Below, piece after piece: positions 45,732 through 56,258 of a stretch of DNA of 64,000 bases. Position numbers and translations under genes: made by a program. Below the pieces are notes generated by a model. That model was given only the letters and a program-made list of their open reading frames with translations, was not told where the DNA came from and ran no database searches. Where the stretch lies: contig CM000208.1 in the NCBI GenBank assembly GCA_000002445.1, positions 32,001 through 96,000 on the forward strand, in the 5' to 3' direction. The stretch is from Trypanosoma brucei (taxonomy: Eukaryota). How positions within the stretch are numbered: position 1 is the stretch's first letter; every line of letters begins with the position of its first letter.

Positions 45732-46832
45732 ATGTCTTTGCTGCTGTCGGGGGTAGTGGATGACGGCAAGTCGAAACCAGAAGTGGAACACACTCACTCT
45801 GAACGTGAGAAACGTGTTTCAAACGCCGTCGAGTTTCTCCTCGATTCACGTGTGAGGCGGACGCCCACGTCGAGCAAGGTGCACTTTTTGAAGTCGAAAG
45901 GCCTTTCTGCGGAAGAAATATGTGAGGCGTTCACCAAAGTTGGACAACCGAAGACACTAAACGAAATCAAAAGAATTTTGAGCGAGCGGCCATATGTGCC
46001 AACAGGACCGAATAGCCAGCACATGACTCAGCCTTTGAGGGATGAGAGCGCCGATTCGGTTCCCACGCCTCATCCAAACCAATCCCGGCGTCACACTAGT
46101 TTACTTTACGCGCCACAAGCTCCACCGCTCCCCGAAGCGGCTGCTGCCACTCGCGGTGTGGACTGGAGGGATTTGGTAATCGGCGCCGGTGCTGCCGTGA
46201 TTGGCGGTTTTGCTGCTTTTAAAGCATTTCAATTGTATTCGCCTTATGAAATCCGTCTAAAAGACGAAGGAAGCAAGCCACGATCGCGACGCAGTCGGAG
46301 AGGGGGACGTCACGCGTCATCTGACAGTGAGGCTGAGCGGTCACTCGTGCATCGTGAAGTTCCTGCTCTTCCTGTACCCGCAATTCCTGTTGCATCTGAA
46401 AGCCACGTGGATGCAAAGCAAGCTGAAATTGAGAGGTTAAAGACTGAGTTGAAGGAGACTCAGGAAGCTCTTGAAGCAGAGAAAAAGGGCAAGGCTGAAC
46501 TCTCCATCACCCTCGGGAAGTTGCGGGGTCAGGTCACAGCATATTCAAGAACAAACGAAAAGCAGGAGTCACAAATCAAGAGTCTTCAAGAGGAGGTAAA
46601 CAGGTTGAAAAGTGAAATTGAGAGGAAAGAAGATTCTGCTAAAGTCAACGCCAATAGTAATGTGGAGGAAACCTTGGACTCTAAGGAAGAAGGTTTACCA
46701 TCCAGCGACACCGAGTCAAGTAACCCTAATGGTGCCTCATCTGAGGTTGCCCGGGACACCCAACAGCAGGATGGCCCTGCCCCATTAAGCACGGAAACGG
46801 ACGGAACAGTTGTTGGCGGCGAGGCAGCTTGA
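45732..46832 (+). CDS. PEX14: Peroxin 14 (PEX14), glycosomal membrane docking protein, 366 aa.
   Basis: Conserved Pex14 N-domain VSNAVEFLLDSRVRRTPTSSKVHFLKSKGLSAEEICEAF. Hydrophobic segment IGAGAAVIGGFAAFKAF. Coiled coil EIERLKTELKETQEALEAEKKGKAEL..EEVNRLKSEIERKE. Acidic/Ser-rich C-terminus. Confidence 0.8.
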   Translation: MSLLLSGVVDDGKSKPEVEHTHSEREKRVSNAVEFLLDSRVRRTPTSSKVHFLKSKGLSAEEICEAFTKVGQPKTLNEIKRILSERPYVPTGPNSQHMTQPLRDESADSVPTPHPNQSRRHTSLLYAPQAPPLPEAAAATRGVDWRDLVIGAGAAVIGGFAAFKAFQLYSPYEIRLKDEGSKPRSRRSRRGGRHASSDSEAERSLVHREVPALPVPAIPVASESHVDAKQAEIERLKTELKETQEALEAEKKGKAELSITLGKLRGQVTAYSRTNEKQESQIKSLQEEVNRLKSEIERKEDSAKVNANSNVEETLDSKEEGLPSSDTESSNPNGASSEVARDTQQQDGPAPLSTETDGTVVGGEAA

Positions 46833-47082
46833 CGCGGAGGCGTGTAGAGTGGCTGAAAGCTGCAATCTTGTTAGTATATCAATGGAGTGGGTGAATTTAA
46901 TAAGAGTGTGCACTTGCAGAGTGCATTCACCCTCTTAAAATTCTTTATGTTTCGTCTGACGAGATAAGTGCCTGTGCAATCGAGCAAAGCACCCACCTAT
47001 TTGTATCATTTCTCTGTCGTTTTATCTATTTCTTTCCAACTTAAATGTTACTAAAAAGAGGCAACGGGGAAGTCGTTACAAA

Positions 47083-49254
47083 ATGTCAGAGCTGACGGCC
47101 GGTGGCAAAAGCAGAGGTGCTGAAAATCTAAGTGGTGTGACCTGTGGAAACGTAAACGATTTCGTGGCGAGTACAGATTCTGATACCGATACGTTGAATG
47201 CAACGGCTAGACCGGTTACACCTCAGCAATCACCACCGCCTCAGAGTAGTCGCGCCGGGCCCCGGCCGAATGAAGTGGTAGGCGACAATTGGGCGACAAA
47301 CCGTTCGGGAGGACCGCCTGGTTCTAATGTGGCTAACTCCGGCGCTTCCGGGGTGGTATCTGATCTGCAGTTCAACTCTCAGGATCGTGCAGCGGAGGGT
47401 GCAGTGCCGAACTTGAGTGGTGGGTTTTTTTCTCTGCCATTAAATAGCCAACTGCCGCCGCATCTAGCCGCGCCAAAGGACTCAAACAATGGGCTGAATT
47501 TGACGGATTTACCGACGCACACTAACAGTATAAACTGCCGGGAGGAGGTGGCGGTTCCTGCCAGGCGGACCAAACCGAAGAGTGAGAATTGTCTGGCTAA
47601 GTTATACTACAGTGGAATGGCGCGGCGAAAAAGAGTAGAAGAGCGACTAGAGATTTTACGAGCGCGCGATAAGGAGCTAAGGAACTGTACTTTTAAACCG
47701 GTTATCACGGATCTCGCCAAGACAATGGAACGGCCTGGAGCATTTCCTTACTGCCGCAGTGAGGAAGCTCAGCTACGTCAAAGGGCCCTTCTCGAGACGT
47801 GGGAGTCCAAGATTGAGAAAGAATGTCGCCCCACCCCTAAGATTTCCAAGGGGTCGGAACAGATTGTCCAGCGTGTCAGGAGCAGCAGCGCTTGCGTGAT
47901 ACCTGTGGCGGATCGCCTGTACATGGAGTCGGCTCGCCGTCAGTGCCGTAAGCAGGAGGAAGAGGAAAAGGGATTTCAGCAAACTATTCCACTTAGACGA
48001 AGTGCCAGTGATGTGAATGCACTCATCCATAGACTTTATGAGTTAGAGGAGAAGCGGGTAGCGACTATTGAGCGGAAGCGAGGCGAGTTATGGTTAGATA
48101 CAAAGCCAAAACGTCGGTGTGAAAATAGCGAGCAGCTCGTGGAGCGCCTTTATCGACCCACACCAAGGAGGCGACGCCCTTGTAAGAGTGAGCCGATTTT
48201 GTTTTCACCCCAAGTAAATGAAACAACGAAGGAGCTAAGCCTTCGGGCAAATAGACGGAGGTTGGAGCAGTGGCACCAGCTGTGGTCCAAGGTGTGGAAG
48301 GGGTATGGCGAAAAACAAGAACGTCAAATTATTTGCTGTGAACACCTCATGATTCTCAAGAAGATAGACGATGTGGCGCGGTCTTCTGGACTCACGGGAA
48401 ACTGTACCCTGAATGATTTTTGCACGGCAATGGAGGACTACGAGAGGACACACGGTGTGCAACATTGGCGCTTAACACCTCTCCCGCTAAAACCCCATGT
48501 GAATGAAGATCTGACGTTTTCCCCGGTGATTCTCCCCAGTCACAGGGAGCGGAAAGGCTCCCCTCCAGCACACCAGCGTCTATTCGAAGCGGCAAAAGCG
48601 AAACAACTGCAGCAGAGGGAGGAAGAGAGGAAGAGACGTGAAGAGGAGCTTCGACAAGAGGAGAAAAGCAGGGCGGTGTCACGTCGTGCCTCCAGAAGGA
48701 GCTCAAAGCAACTAGACATAAAAGATCCCGCGGAGAAGGGGGCATCCGCGTGGCCTTGTTCACCAACTGAATCTGTAAGTAGTACCGACCATTCCCGTGG
48801 CTACAAGTCCGTCGAACTTTCTTCCTTATCACCTTCCAGTTCACCTGAGAGGATGCCAGTGGGGTTTTCTCCACCTCCGGTTTGGCTGACACCGGGGCTT
48901 ATAGAGGTTGCGGAGGATCTGAAGCAGCTGATGGATGAGCCAAGAGGAGGTTGGAGTTACGCGCAGCTCAATCATTCGCGAACGAAGGTGGATGCACCAC
49001 CTGACGCCACATTGCGGCCTTCTCCGTCGGTGGGACCGAAGAGGAGTGGTTCAAACCATAGACCGTTGCGTGCACCGCAAAAGAAAAAAAAGAGGAGGCC
49101 GGTCAGTGAGTTGCTTTCTGATGAACTTCTGCTTGAGTGCGCAGCGAGCAGGTGCTCCCCATTTTCGTGGAATGTTTCTGCTAGAAACAGAGAACACCGT
49201 GACAGCAACCGACGTCTCCGCAATATGGGAAAGCTGCTTTATCACAAAATGTGA
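47083..49254 (+). CDS. Hypothetical protein, 723 aa, Ser/Pro/Arg-rich low complexity with basic patches.
   Basis: Long uninterrupted ORF in array orientation with coding-like codon usage. No recognisable domain by eye. Confidence 0.55.
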   Translation: MSELTAGGKSRGAENLSGVTCGNVNDFVASTDSDTDTLNATARPVTPQQSPPPQSSRAGPRPNEVVGDNWATNRSGGPPGSNVANSGASGVVSDLQFNSQDRAAEGAVPNLSGGFFSLPLNSQLPPHLAAPKDSNNGLNLTDLPTHTNSINCREEVAVPARRTKPKSENCLAKLYYSGMARRKRVEERLEILRARDKELRNCTFKPVITDLAKTMERPGAFPYCRSEEAQLRQRALLETWESKIEKECRPTPKISKGSEQIVQRVRSSSACVIPVADRLYMESARRQCRKQEEEEKGFQQTIPLRRSASDVNALIHRLYELEEKRVATIERKRGELWLDTKPKRRCENSEQLVERLYRPTPRRRRPCKSEPILFSPQVNETTKELSLRANRRRLEQWHQLWSKVWKGYGEKQERQIICCEHLMILKKIDDVARSSGLTGNCTLNDFCTAMEDYERTHGVQHWRLTPLPLKPHVNEDLTFSPVILPSHRERKGSPPAHQRLFEAAKAKQLQQREEERKRREEELRQEEKSRAVSRRASRRSSKQLDIKDPAEKGASAWPCSPTESVSSTDHSRGYKSVELSSLSPSSSPERMPVGFSPPPVWLTPGLIEVAEDLKQLMDEPRGGWSYAQLNHSRTKVDAPPDATLRPSPSVGPKRSGSNHRPLRAPQKKKKRRPVSELLSDELLLECAASRCSPFSWNVSARNREHRDSNRRLRNMGKLLYHKM

Positions 49255-49557
49255 TATCTCCACCAAAAGACAAATATCCATAAACATGCGCACATCTATA
49301 GATGACGTTTTTTTTTCCCCCTTTTGAGCGAGGATTGTTACACTTCCTGTGTGACTTGCATGAGGCAGGTGTGGTAGCAGGTGTGTCTTTTTTTTTTTGA
49401 TTTCGGTTTATATATATATATATATATATATTATTTTTTTTTTTGCTGCTTGATGGAAATTCATGCTCAAGTTACCACTGCAGTGAAAAAGAGTATCACT
49501 TTTCTTATTTTATTTTTTTTCCTCTTTGACCAGTTTTCAGCTGTGGAGGTAGCAGGG

Positions 49558-49791
49558 ATGGTCACTCAAACTGAAATGGAGGAACGGATTCGCGTGTCTT
49601 TGGAACCGGAGTCGTGTGATGTGGTTGTGTTAAGTGAGGAAGACCGGAAGTATGGTGTGGTCATTGTTTCCAGAAAGTTCAACGATGTTCCACTGGTAAA
49701 AAGACACCGTATGGTAAATGACCTTTTTAAGGATGAGTTGTTGTCCGGTGAAATTCATGCCTTAACAATAACGGCGAAGCCATTACCGTAG
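49558..49791 (+). CDS. BolA-like protein (~77 aa).
   Basis: MVTQTEMEERIRVSLEPESCDVVVLSEEDRKYGVVIVSRKFNDVPLVKRHRMVNDLFKDELLSGEIHALTITAKP follows the BolA pattern (..H..V....F.......HAL.I.T). The upstream part of the 49381 ORF is the translated (TA)n/T-rich tract. Confidence 0.65.
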   Translation: MVTQTEMEERIRVSLEPESCDVVVLSEEDRKYGVVIVSRKFNDVPLVKRHRMVNDLFKDELLSGEIHALTITAKPLP

Positions 49792-50489
49792 CACCCATCA
49801 CGATCGCTAAGACATGTTGTTGCTCACTTTTGCACGTTCGTTTCGCTTTGCTCGAAGGAAACGCACGGCGGAGGCAATTTGCCGGAAACTCCAGTAAATA
49901 TTCGCCCGGTATGTACCCGAGCGCTGCGGAGGTTGTTTCCTTAACAACGATACGGTTTACCCAGAACACAATTTGCAGCACTTCCGCTTCACATCGTGCT
50001 TGTTAAGATGGCCAAGATTTCTCTTGTGCATTCCCTTCATATGGTAGTCAATGAACGATTCCTTGTTTCCGTGGTGCATACGGATTATGGATAATGGGGT
50101 TTAGCAGCCTCTACACTGGAAGGTTGTGTGTAACTGAAATATGACAGTATCAATGCCTCTGAGAATCCACTGTATTTTTGCGTTTATCACGATGCTAGGG
50201 TTTCCATCCTGTTGGCTCCGCCGGTCATAGTTTAATTCGAAGAAAATAGTCTTTGGGACTATTAAATTCCCTCTGCTGAGTCTAAACAGCGACGTGTCGT
50301 CAATTTGTATTGCTTCGTTTCGCTGAGTTGTGTGCCCTCAATCGCGGCTACCGTGGCTTGCGCTTACTGCTATCTCTATATGATCCTTTTCTGATGTTTC
50401 TCGCCCCGTTTTTTTTCTTTGCCTAATATATATGTTGCTTAATGCAACTGTGATGATGTTTGTTCATCGGTAGTGTGGAGGTCCTTAGG

Positions 50490-50888
50490 ATGGTGAAGCC
50501 GTTCGTGCCCCGGAATATCGTGAAGAAGCGCACGAAGAAGTTCACGCGCCATAGGTGTGAGCTCTTCCCGCAGCTAAGCAGCAGTTGGCGGAAGCCTCGT
50601 GGTGAGGACTCGCCGGTTCGTCGCCGCTACAAGGGACAGAAGGCAATGCCAAACAAGGGTTATGGAAGCGACCGCAGAACAAAGTATATCACCCCGTCAG
50701 GTTTCAAAAACTTTCCCGTCAACAACGTGCAAGATCTTTATATGCTCCTAATGCAAAACCGCAAGTACGCTGGTGTCATTTCACATACTGTGGGAGCCAA
50801 AGCCCGCAAAGCGATTGTCCGGAAGGCTCACGAGCTTGACGTACGTCTGATTAATGGTAATGCCAAATTGCGGCGTGTTGACGTTTAA
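50490..50888 (+). CDS. RPL32: 60S ribosomal protein L32 (eL32).
   Basis: MVKPFVPRNIVKKRTKKFTRH..SSWRKPRGEDSPVRRRYKGQ..VISHTVGAKARKAIV.. Confidence 0.9.
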   Translation: MVKPFVPRNIVKKRTKKFTRHRCELFPQLSSSWRKPRGEDSPVRRRYKGQKAMPNKGYGSDRRTKYITPSGFKNFPVNNVQDLYMLLMQNRKYAGVISHTVGAKARKAIVRKAHELDVRLINGNAKLRRVDV

Positions 50889-51140
50889 TGAGATTCGTCC
50901 TTCACACATGTGATGCTTTTTTGTCATTTCTTATAGGTGTTATATATACCATAAACTTTCAAAGCAGCAAATATTACTATTTTTTTTCATTTGTTTGCGT
51001 CTGTGTTGCTCGTGTGAAGCATCAAGGACACCTATTGGCTTCTTGACCCATTCATCAGACATACATTTTTCCCTCTGATGTTTCCTGCGCATTGTGTGTA
51101 GTGTAGCAAATAAGTCCTTAGCGTCTTCGAGAAAGTAATC

Positions 51141-51617
51141 ATGCCCTTTGTCGATCACAATAAATACAAGATTCAGAGGGAGGATTTGCCAGCCCTTCCC
51201 CATTTCACAGATTTTAACGACCCCCGCTTCTGTGGGACCAACAACAAACAGAAGAATGGTATACTTGCGTACTACCAGTGGCTTCACTGTGTTGGAAACT
51301 GGGGAGAGGAACATTCCATGTGCAAGAAGATGCGGTGGTACGTGGAACGCATGATGCAGGAGGTTTGGTTGGAAAAATGGGAGGAGAAGCGTGCTCTAGG
51401 ACATTTTGATCACGTTCTTCTGTACGGTGTTAAACCGTGGAAAGACTTTGAGCCGTTGTACCAACCTGTAAAGACAAACCGCAAGGGCGCCTACGAGTTC
51501 TGGCTGGACCGCGACTTTGAACCACTTTATGATGCCGATGCTTCGGATTTCTGCGAAAAAGCACCGATTCTCCATGACATTTTTGTCAAGGGGAAGAAAC
51601 CCGTATATGATGAGTAG
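51141..51617 (+). CDS. Conserved hypothetical small protein (158 aa), Trp/Tyr/Cys-rich; possibly a respiratory-complex accessory subunit (unassigned).
   Basis: Clean ORF in array orientation, MPFVDHNKYKIQRED..YYQWLHCVGNWGEEHSMCKKMRWYVERMMQEVWLEKWEEKRALGHFD... No confident family. Confidence 0.5.
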   Translation: MPFVDHNKYKIQREDLPALPHFTDFNDPRFCGTNNKQKNGILAYYQWLHCVGNWGEEHSMCKKMRWYVERMMQEVWLEKWEEKRALGHFDHVLLYGVKPWKDFEPLYQPVKTNRKGAYEFWLDRDFEPLYDADASDFCEKAPILHDIFVKGKKPVYDE

Positions 51618-52002
51618 TTAGTGACGAAAAGGTTGTCTTAGTAGTAGCGATCGTTTCCTTTTCTTTGTAGCATAATTTCCTCATGTATTTCTTTAGCTTA
51701 TTTAGTATGGGTTGCGTTTTCAAGGGGTTGTCCTGGGTAGCGGAAGTGTTTGTGGAATTGGAAAAGTTACTATTCCTGTTCCTATTTCTTATTTTTCTAT
51801 GGCTAATCATACTGAGGGAGTTTTTTTTTGCCATTTGCGGATTATTGCCTAACCGCTTGGTTTTATAGACTTTTTGATTGCTTTCCCTTCATCATCTTTT
51901 ATGCTTTTTCTGTTGATTCTTCCTCCTATCCCATTTATGAAAGAAGAAAGTTTCATCTTTTTTTGTTTGCTTGTGCTTTGTAATACTCGCCTGCGCCGAC
52001 CA

Positions 52003-52698
52003 ATGTCTGAGTCTTCGTACGGTCTTACAACATTCAGTCCTTCCGGAAGACTTGTGCAGATTGAGTATGCAACGACGGCCGCCTCCAAAGGGACAACAGC
52101 CTTAGGTGTCAAGGCAACTGATGGTGTTGTCATTGCAGCAGAAAAGAAAACAACATCACCCCTCGCTGACTCCTTAACACTTCATAAAGTGTTTGCTTTG
52201 GATGATCATGTTGGCTGTACGTATAGTGGGATTGGTCCTGATTGCCGCGTGCTTGTTGATGCTGCCCGACGCGCATGCCAGCGCTACCGCCTGACATATC
52301 ATGAGCCAATGCCTATTAGTCAACTGGTTCGTCAAATCAGTTTCTTATTTCAAGAATTCACGCAATCCGGCGGTGTCCGTCCGTTTGGGTGTTCTCTTCT
52401 CGTTGCCGGGGCGGATTCTCGTGGAAATCACCTTTATCAACTGGACCCCAGTGGAACCTTCTGGACGTGGAAGGCGACATCTATCGGCAAAGGCAGCCCC
52501 GATGCGAGAACATTCCTCGAGAAACGGTACACCAATGAAATGGAAATTGAAGACGCCGTACACACTGCGCTTTTGACACTGAAGGAGGGGTTTGATGGGA
52601 GAATGACAGCTGAAAACACGCAAGTGGGTCGGGTGGTTGAAGGTCGCTTTGAACTGCTTACGGTAGAGCAGTTGAAGGATTACCTGGACCAAATCTAA
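52003..52698 (+). CDS. 20S proteasome alpha subunit type 2 (231 aa).
   Basis: MSESSYGLTTFSPSGRLVQIEYATTAASKGTTALGVKATDGVVIAAEKK.. The ORF upstream of the ATG is a translated pyrimidine tract. Confidence 0.9.
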   Translation: MSESSYGLTTFSPSGRLVQIEYATTAASKGTTALGVKATDGVVIAAEKKTTSPLADSLTLHKVFALDDHVGCTYSGIGPDCRVLVDAARRACQRYRLTYHEPMPISQLVRQISFLFQEFTQSGGVRPFGCSLLVAGADSRGNHLYQLDPSGTFWTWKATSIGKGSPDARTFLEKRYTNEMEIEDAVHTALLTLKEGFDGRMTAENTQVGRVVEGRFELLTVEQLKDYLDQI

Positions 52699-53149
52699 TG
52701 TGGTAGAATGTTTTCTCCGCTGTGATTGCGAGTAGGGTGCTTCCTTATTTTTTTCCTTTGTAGGCAACCCGCGGCGGAAAAGCAACGAATGAGACATTGA
52801 CGCAATTTGAGAGGAAAAAAGAGGGGCCACTAAAGAGTGCAGGGTAGTAAATGGTGGGTGCGTGATGGTTTCAACTGCCCTTCTGGATTGTGTCCCACTA
52901 TTATTGGGCACCATTCTATACGCCTGCCCGAAAAGGTGTGTGCGTGTGTGGTTCAACTGAACATGTGTAGTTGTGCACTTGCTTCGCACGTTCTCCGTGT
53001 TTTTTTTTTCCGGCGGGTGGGCCTCGATTATTCGTCTATCTCTTCACATCTGTTTTCCCCCCTTTTTTTTAAAAAAATTGAACTAGTACTTTTAGTTTCT
53101 TTTTTATCTGAGGTTGCTAAAACACACTCACACGTGTAAGAATAATACA

Positions 53150-53914
53150 ATGGAGCACGTAGTAGCCAGGGTCGCAGGTGTTCAAAAGCCAGTGGATATG
53201 CCGTTACGGCTCCTGAAGAAACAACAGTGGGTTAGATGTGCTTTGGACTGCAGTCACAAGAGAGTGCTGAGGAAAGAAGCATTTATTGAACTGTGCACCT
53301 CCAACCCGTACACACCGTTGTGTGAGCGAATGTCTAAAAGCGAAGGCATAAAATTCCTTCAGGCGCTTCATAACGCAAGGCAAGTAATAGTAGTGCAAGA
53401 TTACGTGTACATCAATCCAGCTGATGTTGTTGACGCTGTTCATGTGCGATTAGAACTTCCTAATGTTGCGCGGAGGGCACCTGTAACCTCACGAAATTGC
53501 TCTTCTGGACAACCCAAGGACTCTGAAGTAACTTTGAGAAGTGACATGGAGCGCCGCCGCTTCTTCTGGGCCATTGTTTCCCTCCTCAGTAGTGCCCAAA
53601 TGTCAATTTTAGCTTACTTGACGTTTAGTGTTTATGGTTGGAGTGTCATGGAGCCTATTTGCTATTTTGTAACAACCTCAACGTCACTTTGTGCTTACGC
53701 CTATGGTCTTTGCTACAAGAGGAACTGCTCATATGAGGCTATTGACTCCCAGTTGGCGTCTTCAGACACTTTGGTGGAAGGAAAGTCCCCTTCCACCGTG
53801 TGTACACAACCATTTTTCATGGAAGCAGTGGAACTTTTGCGGACCGTGCAAGCGGAAAGCGACAACAGTGGATTGGCTGAAGCTTCTTCTTCCGATACCA
53901 AAGACAAAGCTTAA
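53150..53914 (+). CDS. Hypothetical protein (~254 aa) with two predicted transmembrane segments.
   Basis: ORF in array orientation. FFWAIVSLLSSAQMSILAYLTFSVYGW and ICYFVTTSTSLCAYAYGLCY are hydrophobic stretches. Confidence 0.45.
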   Translation: MEHVVARVAGVQKPVDMPLRLLKKQQWVRCALDCSHKRVLRKEAFIELCTSNPYTPLCERMSKSEGIKFLQALHNARQVIVVQDYVYINPADVVDAVHVRLELPNVARRAPVTSRNCSSGQPKDSEVTLRSDMERRRFFWAIVSLLSSAQMSILAYLTFSVYGWSVMEPICYFVTTSTSLCAYAYGLCYKRNCSYEAIDSQLASSDTLVEGKSPSTVCTQPFFMEAVELLRTVQAESDNSGLAEASSSDTKDKA

Positions 53915-54581
53915 AATGCAAACCAATGAAGGGGAGAATATAAAGATTCCGGAGTGGTTAGCGGAAGTAGCAGTAGTGCAAGAAAAGCGATAATATTGGA
54001 ATGTGTAATACGTATTTGGATAAAGCTCAAGAGACCTTGCATCATCTACTATTCGAATGATAGGGTTCCCGTACTTTTTGTTGGCAGCTCAGCAATGGCG
54101 ACGATCTACGTTCAAAACGCTTCACCGTATGACAGTTGCTTTATGGCAGAAAGTTGCTGTTTACTCAATGAAATCGTCCGCAAGGTGATGACATTGTTGT
54201 GATGGACGCGCCAGTAAGAGTAGGAAAACAAAAGAGAAAATGCGTTTTTGTAAAAATGGCGTACGCAACCGGCGAGATAAGGGTGTAATCACTTTAAATT
54301 TGCTTCCTTCTATCTACAGTAACGTTGTGCCCGTAATGCGGGACCAGTCATCTGCCTCTCCTCAGCGTTACAGTTAAGCATTTTCGCGGGTTAGGACGGT
54401 CATTTTTTGTTTTTTTTCACTGTTTCCGTGGATCCTTCATTGTGCCGCATTGTTAGTGCGCGTACACACTCGCCCCCCCCTCCGACACACATGCCTGTGC
54501 ATGTGTTCCAGTTCCCAAGGATCATTATCATTGTTTTTATTTGTTTTGTTTGCACTTAAGGTATCATTTTGGGTATATAGG

Positions 54582-56258
54582 ATGTGGACTGTGCAGGAGG
54601 ACGAGTACAAGAACACTGAACTCAGTTTTTCAGGTTTGGAGTTAAGTCCGCTCAGTGGAACTGAGGACGCGGCGTTCAAACCTATTGGAGTGTACACGAA
54701 AAGTTCACAGGTGTTTGTTAATGCCTCCACGACACCATTGACGGGCACCCCACCAAATGACCGTTGCCCAACAGCAACTTTACTTCCACCACAACGAACT
54801 CCTGGAAGTCCTGCTGCGGCGGGACGTTTTTTCCCACGTTCCCAAGCTGCTAATGTCAGTGTCATGCGCGTCGATGCGCCGCCTTTTGAGCCGTCGTCTA
54901 ACAATTTGGCGGCTGCCATTACTTTTGTTGAGACGCCAACCGGAGGGAAACGTGGCGGGTTGCCTTTCACAGGACCTTCAGAGCGCCGCAGCCCCCATTT
55001 AATGATGCCTATTGATGACACACCCGGGAGGGATAAGGATCGTACCACATCTCAATATGTGGAATGGAGTGGCCATCATGTTAATTCATACCACTCCCAC
55101 AACGCCATGCGCCCCTTTACCACTGGTGGTAGTGGCAACAGTACTGTAAGTGTCGAGAATTTAAGGGGAAACGTTTACGAGCTGGCAAAGGATCAACATG
55201 GTTGTCGCTTCCTTCAGCGCTTGCTGTGCGATCCGGAGGCAGATTGTGAGATTCCTCGGACGATAATGAGCGAAATTGTTCCACACGTCGCTGAATTGAT
55301 GACAGATCAATATGCCAACTTCTTGGTTCAAAAGCTGTTTGATATTATGCCTAAAGATGTAAGGTACAGCGTCGCATGTGTTGCGGCCCCGAAAATTGCT
55401 GCCATAGCGCTTACGCCGCACGGTACCTTCAGCGTGCAAAAGATGATCGAAACTATTTCCTCACGTGAGGAGTTAGTGATCATTCGTGAAGCGCTATCCA
55501 AAGATGTTGTGCGTCTTGTGAAGGATGCGAATGGTAATCACGCTATTCAAAAGGTTCTTCAGCTGTTTGAACCGGATGATAAAGAGTTCGTTTACGCTGC
55601 CGTTGCTGTGGACTGCATTACCATTGCAAAGAATAAGCAGGGTTGCTGTGTGCTGCAACGTTGCCTCGAGTATGCTTCCCCTGCTCAGCGGTCCACCCTA
55701 GTGAGACATATTTTGGAGTGCTGTTTGCAAATTGCTGAGGATCCGTATGGAAATTATGTTCTCCAGTACGTGATTTCCGCGGGTGATAGCAAAACCATTG
55801 ACACGATTGCAATCGCATTTCTGCCTCATTTAGTCCAATTATGCATGAACAAATTTAGCTCCAACGTCATGGAGAAGGTTTTATGCCGAGTGTCACCACT
55901 CGTGCAGGAAATGTACGTGGATACTATGTGTACACCGGAGGTTGCAGCTCGATTAATTCAGGATGATTTCGGCAACTACGTACTTCAAACAGCATTGACT
56001 ATATGCACGGCAGGACAAGCGGAAGCGCTTGTTTCTGTCATTCGGCCTCTGATGCCATCAATTAGGAATACGCCTTATGCAAAGAAGCTTGAGGGAAAAA
56101 TTGAGAGCGCCATGTTGAAGAATGCGAATGGTCACGTGCCTGCAGTTGGTGTTGAAATGGGCCGACTGTTGGAAATGCAGGAAGCGGGAAGTGAACATTC
56201 GCCCTCTTGCCACAGTTCTGATATTCGTGCGCCTCAAAACCAACCGCTCTCCGGCTGA
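54582..56258 (+). CDS. Pumilio/PUF-family RNA-binding protein (~558 aa) with 8 PUF repeats.
   Basis: Repeats with the characteristic helices: HGCRFLQRLL, YANFLVQKLF, HGTFSVQKMI, NGNHAIQKVL, QGCCVLQRCLE, YGNYVLQYVI, SSNVMEKVL, FGNYVLQTAL. ATG 54582 follows a pyrimidine tract, and the annotated 54450 ORF start reads through it. Confidence 0.9.
   Translation: MWTVQEDEYKNTELSFSGLELSPLSGTEDAAFKPIGVYTKSSQVFVNASTTPLTGTPPNDRCPTATLLPPQRTPGSPAAAGRFFPRSQAANVSVMRVDAPPFEPSSNNLAAAITFVETPTGGKRGGLPFTGPSERRSPHLMMPIDDTPGRDKDRTTSQYVEWSGHHVNSYHSHNAMRPFTTGGSGNSTVSVENLRGNVYELAKDQHGCRFLQRLLCDPEADCEIPRTIMSEIVPHVAELMTDQYANFLVQKLFDIMPKDVRYSVACVAAPKIAAIALTPHGTFSVQKMIETISSREELVIIREALSKDVVRLVKDANGNHAIQKVLQLFEPDDKEFVYAAVAVDCITIAKNKQGCCVLQRCLEYASPAQRSTLVRHILECCLQIAEDPYGNYVLQYVISAGDSKTIDTIAIAFLPHLVQLCMNKFSSNVMEKVLCRVSPLVQEMYVDTMCTPEVAARLIQDDFGNYVLQTALTICTAGQAEALVSVIRPLMPSIRNTPYAKKLEGKIESAMLKNANGHVPAVGVEMGRLLEMQEAGSEHSPSCHSSDIRAPQNQPLSG

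Noticed and set aside
54437-55048. 203-aa minus-strand ORF overlapping the 5-prime part of the pumilio gene
   Set aside because: It is antisense to a well-supported PUF-repeat CDS. It has no motif content and an Ala/Gly/Arg-rich composition typical of antisense reading.
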